DNA from: a virus
Taxonomy: Duplodnaviria; Caudoviricetes
IMG/VR virus record: IMGVR_UViG_3300043676_000014
Location: 1 to 64,000 of that record
Length of the DNA: 64,000 bases
Reading direction: 5' to 3' (one strand)
Shown here: positions 17,097 through 27,841 of the stretch, in pieces
Position numbering within the stretch: position 1 is the stretch's first letter
How the letters are laid out: each line of letters begins with the position of its first letter
Notes under the pieces: generated by a model
What the model saw: only the letters and a program-made list of their open reading frames with translations
The model's database searches: none
What the model was told of the DNA's origin: nothing
Made by a program: the position numbers and the translations under genes

Positions 17097-17966
17097 GTGT
17101 TTCAGCGCATTCAGATCGGTCATGGCTTGCTCGCTGTGGGGTTGTGGTGGTACGCTCACGCCCTTTCGGGAGGCGGCACGGTGGCTGAATGGTTTTCACA
17201 ATGGGCGGTGGTACTGGCGCTATTTATTGCCGTTGCGCTTATATGCGCCCCTTTCGAGGGCAGGCATTCTCTGTCAGGACGAATTCGCGGCATCCTGTTC
17301 TGGGCAATATTTCTTGCCGCATGGTCCGGTGCTGTGATGCTTGCCAAATACTGGATGGGCCGTCTTGGAATCCGGCCGCTGTTCGAATTGGATATGACAG
17401 CGTGGGGTGAATCGTTCGGTGCAGCGATTCACGCGATCTTGGTAATCGTGTTGGCCCTGATCCCGTCGTTTATTTATGATGGCTGCTATTATTGGTTTCA
17501 TAGACTGCAGCATCGCGCGCCACTGCTTTGGCGCTTCCATGCTGTTCATCATTCGATCGAGGAACTAAACGCAGCCAATTGTCATCATCATTGGGCAGAG
17601 GGAATTATCCGGCTGCCGCTGATAATTTTGCCGCTAGCGATGCTTATCAATGTCAGGGTGCCGGAGGCGGCATTCATCGGCGTAATGGTTCAAATGTGGG
17701 GTCAATTCATCCACGCCGATGTGGCGGTACCAGCCTTCGGAATTATAGGAAAAATTTTCGCTAGCCCACAATACCATCGCGTGCATCACTCGCTTGACGA
17801 GCGTCACATGCACCGGAACTTCGCAGGCTTATATCCTGTTTTCGATTGGCTGTTCGGCACGGCATATTTACCAAACGCCAATGAAATGATCAGGACCGGA
17901 TTGTCCGATCAGCATGAGCCACGAACTCTGCGCGAGTATATGGTCGCGTTGCGCGCCAAAGACTAA
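17097..17966 (+). CDS. Sterol desaturase / fatty acid hydroxylase family membrane enzyme
   Basis: His boxes YYWFHRLQH, WRFHAVHHS, HADV and HRVHH; NFAG..P.FD.LFGT. Confidence 0.9.
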   Translation: MFQRIQIGHGLLAVGLWWYAHALSGGGTVAEWFSQWAVVLALFIAVALICAPFEGRHSLSGRIRGILFWAIFLAAWSGAVMLAKYWMGRLGIRPLFELDMTAWGESFGAAIHAILVIVLALIPSFIYDGCYYWFHRLQHRAPLLWRFHAVHHSIEELNAANCHHHWAEGIIRLPLIILPLAMLINVRVPEAAFIGVMVQMWGQFIHADVAVPAFGIIGKIFASPQYHRVHHSLDERHMHRNFAGLYPVFDWLFGTAYLPNANEMIRTGLSDQHEPRTLREYMVALRAKD

Positions 17967-17971
17967 AGCGC

Positions 17972-18733
17972 TCACAGTCCCCATTTGGTTTGAAGATATG
18001 AGTCCAAGCTGGCAACATCCGTCGAATTGGTGAATACCGTAGCTATGCCAACGTCTGATATGGCGCCATCCCATGCTGACGTTATTCCAAATGCTGCCAA
18101 ACCAATGGCCAGAGTTCCTGATGCACCAAAAGCCGCGTTCAAAGTTGCCCCGGTTGTGGCCACGCCGTCAACGTAGATTGTCTCAACGCCGCTTGAACTT
18201 ATTGTAGCGATAACGCGATGCGGAGTGCCAGTAGTCATGGCTCGTATCGCCTGATTTCCGTTTCGGTACAGCGTGACACCGTTATTTGTATTGTCGCGGC
18301 TTAACAAGAACGAAGCGTTGTTATCAGCGTCGTTAGCCCCACCCGCGAAATACGAGATGGCACGGCCAAAAGCTGTGGTGCCGCTGTTCATTGTGCCGAC
18401 AAAGAACACCGTAAGTGTATTTCCAGTACCAAACGCAAAACTGGATTTTTTAAGCCCTGTGGATGACGCAAAGATCATCGCGGGATACGAGGTATTGAAT
18501 CCTGTCGCATTATATGTTGGTGCCGTCGAATACGGCCCCATATCATTCCCGGTACCGCTTTGGTCTGCAACGGCTGTGATGTTTGAACCAGAAAGCGTGA
18601 GGCCTGCCAACACGCTCGCGTCCCATAATCCGATCCAGCCGGTACCTGGCGGCGGCGTATAGCCACCACCGCCGGCGGCCACCCGGCGCGCGCCAAAGCC
18701 CGTTAACTGATTGACCATCAGCATTTGGATCAA
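17972..18733 (-). CDS. Putative receptor-binding/fibre protein (LamG-like)
   Basis: WDAS...DQSG.GN...YVDG...G.I......YLQTKWGL pattern. Confidence 0.65.
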   Translation of the reverse strand: MIQMLMVNQLTGFGARRVAAGGGGYTPPPGTGWIGLWDASVLAGLTLSGSNITAVADQSGTGNDMGPYSTAPTYNATGFNTSYPAMIFASSTGLKKSSFAFGTGNTLTVFFVGTMNSGTTAFGRAISYFAGGANDADNNASFLLSRDNTNNGVTLYRNGNQAIRAMTTGTPHRVIATISSSGVETIYVDGVATTGATLNAAFGASGTLAIGLAAFGITSAWDGAISDVGIATVFTNSTDVASLDSYLQTKWGL

Positions 18734-20178
18734 TCGTCCTTCAGCGCATCGATGACATAGAGGATCTTGACGCCGTGCAGCCGCGCATCGATGGCCATGG
18801 TGTCTGAGCCGTCAGCCGGGTTGCGATGAATCCGGAACTGAACCAGGTCGCCGGCCGCGGGTGAGCCCGCGACGGTGACCGCCGAACTTTCGGGGGCGAC
18901 ATAAAGATCATTGGTGGTGCCGCCGGTATCGGTCGAGGTCTGCGCGGTGCCGAAGGCCACATCCATGGTGTCGTCATCGGATATTGCAATTGCATCTACG
19001 CCCCACACCACTCCGAAATTAGTGGTCGTCGCCGCATGCGACCAATATGGGATGAAGGTAATGGTGCCCTCGTTCCAGCTCTTTGGCATAGCGATATCGA
19101 ACTGGGAAAACTCCTGCGTTGAGCTATCGAAGTCCAGCGTCGCAACCATGTTCTTGTTGGTTGTCATCTCGGCGGTGCCGGACGCAGCGCCACTGGTGGT
19201 GCGCGGGGTCATTGCGCTGGCTGGAATCCAGATGGTCTGCTTGTTGATGTCGGCCGAAACGGTCGGGTTTCCCGAGACTCCATCGCCATTGGCAATAGAG
19301 ATTCCATTCCCTGCTGTGAGGGTGCGGGCTGATCCCGTTCCCGATCCGGTATGTGCCCATAGGCCGTTCGTTGAATTTGCAGCTAAAGCTGCCAAATCAG
19401 CGTCAACCGAGAATGTCGTTCCGGTTAGGATAAGACCGGTACCGGCCGAATACGTTGAACCAGCGGCAAGAGTCGCGATCCATTTCGATGTCGCATTATT
19501 CCACGTCAGAGAGTAGCCATCGATTCCCGCTCCCTCAGTTATGTTTACGTCGTTTAGAACTGATAGGGTGGCAGTAGCCGCCAGCAACGCGCCAGAGGTG
19601 GATGACGCGCTGAATACGATAGGTGTGGTGTTGAGCGTGCCGCCCACGTTCGATGTGCAGAGCCAGATGCTCTCGGCATTGGCAGTACCCTCCTGGACGG
19701 CGACCAGCGCGCCTGGATGTTCGTCGAAGGTATCGAATTCAACCGAGCGGGTCGGAGAAACATCGACCACATAGATGCCGTTCTGGGCTGGTGTCGATTG
19801 GTTCTTGACCAGCACCAGATCGCTGGTCGCCAGCGTCACGCCGTCGATCACGTCACCGCTATTGAGCGCGCTGGCGATGACGATATTGGCCGTGGTGGCG
19901 GCTCGAACCGTCTGGCGCTTGCCCAAGTTCGTGGCGATGCCATCCACATATTGCTTAGTGGCTGCTTGCAATGAACTCGCAGGGTCACCCGATAACGTAA
20001 TCGCGCCCGTCATGGTGCCGCCTGCGAGCGGCAGGTAGGACGAGAGCCCCATCGCTATCTTTTTTTCAGTAGTTGTTATTTTCTTGGTTTCGTTCGCGCT
20101 CACATCAACAACCGGCCACAAATCACCCGCGGCAACGCCAGCTCCGGTTATCGTGGTAAGATCGGAAATCTTCGGCAT
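18730..20178 (-). CDS. Tail fibre protein
   Basis: YLPLAGGTMTG, AATKQYVD and DLVLVKNQ....NGIY fibre motifs. Confidence 0.75.
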   Translation of the reverse strand: MPKISDLTTITGAGVAAGDLWPVVDVSANETKKITTTEKKIAMGLSSYLPLAGGTMTGAITLSGDPASSLQAATKQYVDGIATNLGKRQTVRAATTANIVIASALNSGDVIDGVTLATSDLVLVKNQSTPAQNGIYVVDVSPTRSVEFDTFDEHPGALVAVQEGTANAESIWLCTSNVGGTLNTTPIVFSASSTSGALLAATATLSVLNDVNITEGAGIDGYSLTWNNATSKWIATLAAGSTYSAGTGLILTGTTFSVDADLAALAANSTNGLWAHTGSGTGSARTLTAGNGISIANGDGVSGNPTVSADINKQTIWIPASAMTPRTTSGAASGTAEMTTNKNMVATLDFDSSTQEFSQFDIAMPKSWNEGTITFIPYWSHAATTTNFGVVWGVDAIAISDDDTMDVAFGTAQTSTDTGGTTNDLYVAPESSAVTVAGSPAAGDLVQFRIHRNPADGSDTMAIDARLHGVKILYVIDALKDD

Positions 20179-20185
20179 CTACTTT

Positions 20186-21829
20186 TTAGCCTTCCGTTAG
20201 AAGTGTGTCATCGTCCTCAGCCAAGAGGTCTTCTCCACCCTCTGTCGTTATCGGCGCAGAACCACTTTCAATAACGACGTTCGCAACCGTTACCGTGATG
20301 GTTTGCGTATCAACCAGCGCGCCGTCCGATGCCTGCACGATCACGATGTAATCGTTGTCGCTGTCTGCATCGATCGGCGTTTCGTAGTCTGGCGGATCGA
20401 TAAACGAGAGCGCGCCGGTAGACGGATTGATCGTGAAGAACGCCCCATCTGCGCCGTCGTCGATCGACCATGTAATGGTATCGCCATCGGCATCCGTCGC
20501 CGTCAGTGTGGCAACTGACGTTGTATTCTCATCTATCGTATAGGATGCAGTCGCACCGCTGCCGGAAGTGATTACCGGACGGATATTGAACGTGAAGTAA
20601 TCGATCTTCTCGCACGCGATATCGACGGTGAAATCAGCGGTATTTCTCGCCGCCGAAACCACCCGGCCAAGAAACGAAATGTTCGGGTCGTCATCGAATG
20701 ATGCAATGTCTCCGGGCTGAACGCCGTAGAGCGACGAATTAACCGTGCAGGCCATCCGGCTTCGCGCGATATCGTCGATCAGAAGCGACCTATTCACGTC
20801 AGCTTTCGCCAACGTCGCCGTTGTCCCGATGGGAAGCTCGATGGTCTCCGTGTTTTGGGATGACGTCAGAGGAACCGGGAAGCGCTCCCGCGTCGCCGTC
20901 ACAGCATTGAAATCGTTGTCGCGCTCGATATCGATAAAACTGTAAGAGCGCTGGCGAGGTATCGCGAGCGGGTCGCCGCGCGTGAATTTGAAGTTAAACG
21001 CGTTGCTTCGCGTAAGCACCGCATTGACCCCGGCAGATGAGTCATTTTCAAATACACGCAGTTTGTCGGTGGTGGTGATATTCCAGTTGCGGAGTATCTT
21101 TCGAAGCTGTTGCAGATATCCGATAAAGTCGCTTTGCTGCGCGACAATCCAGAATTGATCTCTACCGCTTACGGAGAACTCGAATTCGCTATCATCATAG
21201 CGGGAGTATCTAGCTAGCGCCGCCAAGGCGTTGTTGCGGGTGATGTACTCGGATTCGAATACGGGAAGCGAGACAAACGGATATTGATTGTTGAAGACCG
21301 AGAGCGGAATTTTCTTGATCTCGGCGCAAATATGCGAACGATACGGCACGGCCTTGGAGCCATATCGTGAGATACTTGACGCGAACGGTAACTGATCCTC
21401 AGTCCCGGTCCTGACGCTGATTTCAAGTCCGGCAAACGCTGGTCCTATTCCGGCCCACGTCGTCCCGCCATCCGGTGAGGTGGCGGATTTCGTGCCGTTG
21501 AGACTCAGATAATCTATGGTCCGCGTCGCGCTTGGCGTCGCCGTCACGGCACAGCCAACGATCATATCGACGAGATTAACGTCGTCTTCCGTGTAATAGA
21601 ACGGACCTTCGTAAATCCGATTCCCCATCAACGCCTGACCGCCGACGAATATCGGAATGTCATGCCCGATGATCTGCTGCGTAAATTTGTCGTCGGTTTC
21701 AGTTCCGGTTACGACGGTCTTTGCTGTGTCGGTTAAGACAGCGGGTGCGGATAGAGGGTAATTCCAGGGGCTATGAGCGTGGGCTTCAAGATATGACCCC
21801 TGCTGATCCAGAAAGCCTTGCCAGCTCAT
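20186..21829 (-). CDS. Tail tip/baseplate protein (GTA g15-like, short) with C-terminal cadherin domain
   Basis: GTEDQLP...VPYR N-terminus; cadherin motifs IDEN, ATDADGD, PDYE and VQASDG. Confidence 0.7.
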   Translation of the reverse strand: MSWQGFLDQQGSYLEAHAHSPWNYPLSAPAVLTDTAKTVVTGTETDDKFTQQIIGHDIPIFVGGQALMGNRIYEGPFYYTEDDVNLVDMIVGCAVTATPSATRTIDYLSLNGTKSATSPDGGTTWAGIGPAFAGLEISVRTGTEDQLPFASSISRYGSKAVPYRSHICAEIKKIPLSVFNNQYPFVSLPVFESEYITRNNALAALARYSRYDDSEFEFSVSGRDQFWIVAQQSDFIGYLQQLRKILRNWNITTTDKLRVFENDSSAGVNAVLTRSNAFNFKFTRGDPLAIPRQRSYSFIDIERDNDFNAVTATRERFPVPLTSSQNTETIELPIGTTATLAKADVNRSLLIDDIARSRMACTVNSSLYGVQPGDIASFDDDPNISFLGRVVSAARNTADFTVDIACEKIDYFTFNIRPVITSGSGATASYTIDENTTSVATLTATDADGDTITWSIDDGADGAFFTINPSTGALSFIDPPDYETPIDADSDNDYIVIVQASDGALVDTQTITVTVANVVIESGSAPITTEGGEDLLAEDDDTLLTEG

Positions 21830-23037
21830 CAGGCGTCCCCAGCCTCAAACTCAACCGCTAACCCGCCGCCGCCGCTTCCACTTCCTCCACCTTCATCGGA
21901 CGGCGGGTCGTCAGTTGGCCCAGGAACAACAGTGGTCCCCGGAATAAAGGTCGATGTCGCAATCTTGGCGCCGGTCAAATGCGGGAAGCCGCGATAATTG
22001 TTGGAGTTGTTGTATTTGCTGTCCTCCATCTCCAGCGTCTGATCATAGTCCGGCGCGATCTCGCCCCAATCGCCAACCGTGAGAAGATTGCCGAACGGTT
22101 CAACCAAATCGATCTGGCTGATGCCGTCCCACGCATCGATGACCGACACTCTATTTTTGCAGAAGCCGGTTCGCATAATCAGCCGCCCCGGCGCATACCA
22201 CGTCTCGTCAGTCGCGCGTGGTTCGGTAACGGTGATTGTGATGTGCCGCGTGTCGATAAGAGATGCGACCTGGAACGCCCTTGCATAAGCATTCCGCACC
22301 GTGAACGTCACGCCTCCATCTACGATGACGTCACCCACGCCATCGGTGAATGCCGGAGCAGAGCCAGCCGTGATACCCGTCGTGATACCGGTTACTTCCA
22401 GATAAACATTGTGGTAGTCAGAGGGATTTCCCGCGCCTGCGTATCTGAACCGTCGCCGGTCGCCGACAGCCAGCGTTTCAGTCCTCTCAACGTCGTGCAA
22501 ATCATCGCTGGTTGGATCAATGCTCGGAAACGTCGGGACTTTGGAGCGGCGCGGATCTCCGAAGTCTACATTATCCTCGATGGTGTATTTGCGAACAAAG
22601 ATATCCCGAGGCGTACCGTAGAGATTCAAGACCTCGAACGAAGCGTTGCCTTCCAGATCATAGGTGGCATCGCCGTTTAGCTTTCCCTCAAACTCAAAAT
22701 CCTTGGAAACTGGATTCGCGGCATCGGTGATTTCAATCAGTACATGCGCGTCCTCGTATAGACCGAGGTCGATTTCATATGGATCGAAGGTGCCGTCGGA
22801 TTCGGTGCCAACCTTTAATGTCAAATTGGATACTGTGCCGTCGTTGGTATCGGTCAGATCCCCGAGTTCAATCCCGGCTAATGCAATCCATGTCGTGATC
22901 ACATCCGGCGAATTGCTATCGGTAATCGATACGGAATGCGTATCCGACGTGACGCGAATTACAACTTCATCGCTGCGAGTAATCGTTATTAGATACGCCA
23001 GTCTGGCGTTGATCAAACTGAACGAAAATGTTCTCAT
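21829..23037 (-). CDS. Baseplate hub protein (DUF2163/BR0599-like)
   Basis: ITRSD..V.R.T.D, GLYEDA, KYNN..NYRGFPHL; follows the distal-tail gene. Confidence 0.75.
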   Translation of the reverse strand: MRTFSFSLINARLAYLITITRSDEVVIRVTSDTHSVSITDSNSPDVITTWIALAGIELGDLTDTNDGTVSNLTLKVGTESDGTFDPYEIDLGLYEDAHVLIEITDAANPVSKDFEFEGKLNGDATYDLEGNASFEVLNLYGTPRDIFVRKYTIEDNVDFGDPRRSKVPTFPSIDPTSDDLHDVERTETLAVGDRRRFRYAGAGNPSDYHNVYLEVTGITTGITAGSAPAFTDGVGDVIVDGGVTFTVRNAYARAFQVASLIDTRHITITVTEPRATDETWYAPGRLIMRTGFCKNRVSVIDAWDGISQIDLVEPFGNLLTVGDWGEIAPDYDQTLEMEDSKYNNSNNYRGFPHLTGAKIATSTFIPGTTVVPGPTDDPPSDEGGGSGSGGGGLAVEFEAGDA

Positions 23038-23039
23038 AT

Positions 23040-23678
23040 TTATGCTTCGAACACTTCTTCGATCGTAATCGAGCGAATCTCCTTATGATTTGCACCAAGG
23101 GTTACATCGAGGGTTTCAGATACGAATCTGACTGGGTAAGCAAAGTGAAAGTCCGCTGTGACTTCAACGCCATTTGCGGGAGGTGATGTCATTGTCACAA
23201 TCCCGGTTGATGTGTTGACGGTAAATGCTACGGTAGGAGTGCCGTTCAGATAAACGACAACGGTGCCTGCGATTGGATATTTGTGATCTCGGGTTACGGA
23301 TCTGGCTATGGAGGGCGGGGAGTTAGACGTGTTGTACGTTGCCGACGTCACCGATAGCTGGAACTGAGTTTCTACGCCGTCTCCATCGCCAATAAACTGA
23401 TCTTCTGCGACGTAGTCGGATTGAGAGGCGTCATTCGGACTCACTGCGATGAACAGGAACCCGGCCTCGGTTCCATTTACATCGAAGAGGTTTTCCACCT
23501 CGTCTGTATCTTCCAGAGCATAACTTATGACCCAGCTTCTGCGGCGGCGCGGCCACCTCGGGGTCGCATCAACTCGACCATTGTCAGACTCGGTGATCGA
23601 AGCCTTCGCCTCGTAGCGTCTGACAGCCCCAACGAGAACGTTCCCGTTGAGGTAGACGTGGTCGATGGGGAATGTCAT
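23040..23678 (-). CDS. Distal tail protein (DUF2460-like)
   Basis: IGDGDG.ETQFQL...P..GTV.VY...TG.VT....P..G.EVTADF.F..PVRF. Confidence 0.8.
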   Translation of the reverse strand: MTFPIDHVYLNGNVLVGAVRRYEAKASITESDNGRVDATPRWPRRRRSWVISYALEDTDEVENLFDVNGTEAGFLFIAVSPNDASQSDYVAEDQFIGDGDGVETQFQLSVTSATYNTSNSPPSIARSVTRDHKYPIAGTVVVYLNGTPTVAFTVNTSTGIVTMTSPPANGVEVTADFHFAYPVRFVSETLDVTLGANHKEIRSITIEEVFEA

Positions 23679-23681
23679 TTA

Positions 23682-26600
23682 TTATCCGAGGGCCGCGATG
23701 GGCTGAGCAAAACCTTGTCCCGCCTGCCTTGCACTGCGACGCCGGTTATTATTCGAAATTCCGTAGAAATTCTGGACGACCGATATCTGACGAGAGTTGT
23801 CGTTACTGCTCTGCCCCGCGGGTTCTATCCGAACTCGCTCCCCGCCGTTGATCATGGCATGAAATGGGACTTGATCGCCGGATGTAGGCCCTTGAGCAAT
23901 CATGTCGAGTCCAGCAGCCGCCTTGTAGTAACCGATCGCCAACGCGCCGTGGCCCTGCGAATAGAGCGGGTTGAGCGTCGCCTGCGTCGCCGCCGTATTG
24001 GCGTCGGTCGCCTTGCTAAGCGTTTGAATCTCTGACGTGAGAGATGCGATCGCCTGAAGATTAGCAATTGTCTGCGGCTGGGCTTGAAGCCAGCCAAGAA
24101 ATTGCTGGTCGTTCGCAATTTTCGAAGCGTTATCCGTGGTCTGAGAATTCTTGAGGCCAAAGAGGGTTGACAGGGTGCCGCTCGGGTCGAGTTGGGATGG
24201 TAATTTCTGAACAGCGCCGATGGCACTATCTAACCCCCCAGACGCGAGCAATAGATTTGCAATCTGATCCGAGGTAAGTGCGGGAGGCGATTGCCCTGAA
24301 CCAACGCCATCGGCACCGCTTTTTTGCCCAACGTCCAATCTCATTCCGCCGCCACCACCCCGGTAGGACACATTGAGTCTTGAATCGGCGACAAAGCTAT
24401 GCGTTCCTGACGGCATTATTTCAGGTTTGAAAGTTCCTCCACCTCCCGCGATATACGCTGCCGTTGCAGCATTGGCTGCGGCAGCATCGACCTTCTGAGC
24501 TGCCTGCGCGGCACTGATTAAGCTGGCCTCTAGCGTATTTGCCGAAATAGCGGCAGCTTGCGTCGCAGTTGCGCCCGCCTGCATGGCATCACGATATGCA
24601 ATAGATGCATTGACCACCGACTCCATTGCGGTGCCTTGGACCAATGCCTTGTCGACGCTGTCCTGTGAGGACTGAACCAGCTTCTCGGCTGATGCGACTG
24701 CTTTTGCTTTTGAATCCGCATACTGAGCCGCAGCGGCGGCGCCTGCTACTTCCGCAGAGACGCCATCGTGAAGCAATTGATTATAGGTGGCTTCCGCCTG
24801 GGCCTTCATTTGGGTCGCAGCAGTCCATGCCTGCGATACACCGAGATTGTTCTGCAGGCTCCATGTCTGCGCTTGCACGGAGGAATTAGCCGCGGCTTGA
24901 GAATTCGCCAGATTATCGATCGCCAATGAGAGCGCGTCTGCGGGCGCCTTGCCCTTGTCCAAGGCATTCCAATAATCTGCCGCATACTGCGCTGCCATCC
25001 TCGCAGCGCCGCCAACAGCTTGAATGACGGGCAGGTTGTTGCTCGATGCCTGTAATGCCAGTGCGGTTGATTGACCGACGCCAGCCCATGACTGACTGAT
25101 TTCCTTGACGCGCTGGCCGTAGCGAGCCGCATCCCCTTCTGCCTCTTTGGTAGATGCCTGCTGATTTCGATTAGACGTCAGAGCAGCATCTGCCCTTGGA
25201 TCATTAAGGTTGCGGCCAAGCACCAAGGCCATTTCAGCCTTTTGCAAGTCTTCCAGTTGCTTGATCTGGGGAATGGTCGCTTTGGTTACGTCGTCAGCGG
25301 CTAGAGACCACGCCTGAAACTGTTTCGCGATATTATCGGCCTTTATGCCTGCAATCTTTTCCTTCAGGACATCGAGCGCCTTGTTGATACTATCCAAACT
25401 TGGCGAAACAACGCTTCCACTGAATAGCCCCGTAATAAGTCGAGAAGGATCCGTGAAGCGCTGCTGGGATGGCTGCTCAAGTGCGGCCTTCTGTTTTTCT
25501 AGCGCCGCTAGCTGATCCTCATTTGACTGAGGCGCAGTTCCAGCACCGATTGCATTCTTTGCCTTCGATGCAGCGTTCGCCAACAAGTCATACGCCTTGG
25601 TCAGAAGGCTGACGCTGTCCTCAGCACGCTTATTGTCCTTAGCAATAGCGTCGAGGACGACCTGAATTGCTTTGGATCTGTCGCCTTGAAGTTCGAGCGT
25701 TCTAATGTAGTCTCTCGTCGATGCATTGAGGAATCCGTAGGTTTTATTCAGTTCCTCTGCGCCTGTAGCCACATCTCCACTGAATGCCTTGGCGAATGTC
25801 TTTGACGCTTCGTCAACACTTTGACCCGTTAGAACGGAGAAACCGTGGATGGCATTGCCAACACCCGTAAGTCCGGCAACCGCGATATTGCCAGTCTTTG
25901 TAAACTCAACCGCAACCGTGCGGGCCTGATCAACTGACAACCCGGTCGCGCTGGCATTCTGCTTGGCGAAGTCGTTGATCTGCGCAGCAGTCGTTTGCGT
26001 CCTCGCACCAATTCCAATGAGAGATTGATTCACCTCTCGCTGTGATGAAATATAACTTGCGTTAGCGTAAATAACGCCGCCGATTGCTGTGGCAATTCCT
26101 CCGAACGCAACGCGACCGACCGTGAACAGACTACCTAGCCAGTCGATAGACGATCTGGCGAAATCAGCTATGCTGGATTTCGATTGCTGGAAGATCTGGA
26201 AAAATTGGCCGCCCTGCTGGGCTATAATACGAAACGGCGACTGTCCCATTACCAGGCCAGAGATCACGTCATTGATCTGGAACGATAGGTTAGTCATCTC
26301 GTTTGCTGCGACACGACCTCCGGCTCCGACCTGATGCAGGTTCTGATTGAAGTCGAATAGGCGCTTGCCTGCCATCTCCTGTGCTTGGGCATACTCAGTT
26401 GTTGTGATTTTCCCTTGCTGAAGTAGTGTCTTGTAGTTCGCCATCTCGACGCCGAGTTTGCCTTGCTCGACCTGAAGCGGATTGATGGCAGTGCGCAGGC
26501 GCGTTACCGCATCTTCCTGCGCGATAATTGTTTCCTTGAACACATCAGCCGACTGTGATGCAGACTTGGACGATCCACCAATATTGAAACTCTTGTTGAG

Positions 26601-27380
26601 GTCGTCCTGGAAATTCTTTCCTATCTGCGTTGCCTTTTGCTGCGCGATAGTGTCAAGACGATCCAATTCAGCGGTAAACACCGTCGCCGAGTCCCGCGCC
26701 GACTTGGAGACGCCAGCGATCAGGCTTGCATCCAGACCTTCCTGGAAATTCTTGCCGACCTGCATGGCCTTTTGCTGAGAGATGGTATCCAGTCGATCCA
26801 TCTCAGCAGCAAAGATACTTGAAGAATCTCTGGCCGACTTGGCAACGCCAGCTATGAGACTTTCATCAAGCGAGACACCAAATTGTTGGCCGATCTGGCG
26901 CGCCTTGGCATCTGCTGCATCCGCCATGCCCGCAAACTGAGCGGCATAAGTGCTGGTGTTTGCTGCTGACGGATTAAAGCCAGCGCCCTGATTGACGGAA
27001 GCGTTCAATTGCTGGCGACGCAGGTTCTCCGCCGCCACCGCAGCAGCGTTCAACCTATCTCGATATACCGAAAGCGGTTGTCCGGCCCGATCTAGGGCTT
27101 CCGAATTTTGAGCGAGAATCCGATTATAGTCCGCGGTGTTTCTTTGCAATTCTAAAAACGCACGGGAGGCCGGATCCAGTCTCCTTGACAGGGCGTCGTA
27201 TGCAGCGGCGGCGGAGACCTGGCGGCGCGCCGCCGCCTCTGTTGAGGTTGCCATCGCCTGCGCGGATGCGGAAACCCGATCCTGGGCCGCCGCAACCGTA
27301 TTGGCGCCTGCCGCGACTGCACCCTCGCCATCCGAGGCGTAGTGAACCGTCATCGTGGCGACGAGATCGGATTCTCTCAT
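23682..27380 (-). CDS. Tail tape measure protein
   Basis: 1232 aa, Ala/Gln-rich; lambdoid motif NLSFQINDVISGL..GQSPF.I..QQGGQ. Confidence 0.92.
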   Translation of the reverse strand: MRESDLVATMTVHYASDGEGAVAAGANTVAAAQDRVSASAQAMATSTEAAARRQVSAAAAYDALSRRLDPASRAFLELQRNTADYNRILAQNSEALDRAGQPLSVYRDRLNAAAVAAENLRRQQLNASVNQGAGFNPSAANTSTYAAQFAGMADAADAKARQIGQQFGVSLDESLIAGVAKSARDSSSIFAAEMDRLDTISQQKAMQVGKNFQEGLDASLIAGVSKSARDSATVFTAELDRLDTIAQQKATQIGKNFQDDLNKSFNIGGSSKSASQSADVFKETIIAQEDAVTRLRTAINPLQVEQGKLGVEMANYKTLLQQGKITTTEYAQAQEMAGKRLFDFNQNLHQVGAGGRVAANEMTNLSFQINDVISGLVMGQSPFRIIAQQGGQFFQIFQQSKSSIADFARSSIDWLGSLFTVGRVAFGGIATAIGGVIYANASYISSQREVNQSLIGIGARTQTTAAQINDFAKQNASATGLSVDQARTVAVEFTKTGNIAVAGLTGVGNAIHGFSVLTGQSVDEASKTFAKAFSGDVATGAEELNKTYGFLNASTRDYIRTLELQGDRSKAIQVVLDAIAKDNKRAEDSVSLLTKAYDLLANAASKAKNAIGAGTAPQSNEDQLAALEKQKAALEQPSQQRFTDPSRLITGLFSGSVVSPSLDSINKALDVLKEKIAGIKADNIAKQFQAWSLAADDVTKATIPQIKQLEDLQKAEMALVLGRNLNDPRADAALTSNRNQQASTKEAEGDAARYGQRVKEISQSWAGVGQSTALALQASSNNLPVIQAVGGAARMAAQYAADYWNALDKGKAPADALSLAIDNLANSQAAANSSVQAQTWSLQNNLGVSQAWTAATQMKAQAEATYNQLLHDGVSAEVAGAAAAAQYADSKAKAVASAEKLVQSSQDSVDKALVQGTAMESVVNASIAYRDAMQAGATATQAAAISANTLEASLISAAQAAQKVDAAAANAATAAYIAGGGGTFKPEIMPSGTHSFVADSRLNVSYRGGGGGMRLDVGQKSGADGVGSGQSPPALTSDQIANLLLASGGLDSAIGAVQKLPSQLDPSGTLSTLFGLKNSQTTDNASKIANDQQFLGWLQAQPQTIANLQAIASLTSEIQTLSKATDANTAATQATLNPLYSQGHGALAIGYYKAAAGLDMIAQGPTSGDQVPFHAMINGGERVRIEPAGQSSNDNSRQISVVQNFYGISNNNRRRSARQAGQGFAQPIAALG

Positions 27381-27841
27381 CGGGGATGCCTCACTCTGGG
27401 CTTGTTGATTGCGCGTGGCGGTCGTTTTTTAGCGAGACCAGAAACAATTCTTTTCACGCCAGCAGTATCGCCGGCAGAAACCTGATCTGCCATTTCCGGA
27501 TCGGGAGTGGCTGCAACTCTCGATTTGCTTTCGACCCGACGCATGATGGCGATGAACAAATCGACTTCTTCGCCGATCAACCCAAGATCATCTTCGGCGT
27601 AAGACTTTATTTTCGAGCGCGGAATCACGCCGTAACTCACGCTTGCCATGGTTGCTATGACCGGGCGCTCGGTCACGAGTTCATTCCATGCGAGCAAATA
27701 AAACCGAGTGTCATCATCGATCTCGGGGCGCTCGTAGTAGGCCGCCGGGATATCCGTGTCGCCCCTGATGAAGCGGCGATCCCAAGCCTCTAGATGAATT
27801 CCGTACCTGCCGTACCACCCCTGCGCCGCGGTCAGTTTCCC
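27377..27841 (-). CDS. Frameshifted C-terminal extension of tail assembly chaperone (gpGT-like)
   Basis: -1 frame open from the slippery GGGAAAC (27835-27841) through 27377. Confidence 0.75.
   Translation of the reverse strand, partial: GKLTAAQGWYGRYGIHLEAWDRRFIRGDTDIPAAYYERPEIDDDTRFYLLAWNELVTERPVIATMASVSYGVIPRSKIKSYAEDDLGLIGEEVDLFIAIMRRVESKSRVAATPDPEMADQVSAGDTAGVKRIVSGLAKKRPPRAINKPRVRHPR

Noticed and set aside
15981-20178. Diversity-generating retroelement acting on fibre genes
   Set aside because: No reverse transcriptase and no template/variable repeat pair seen.
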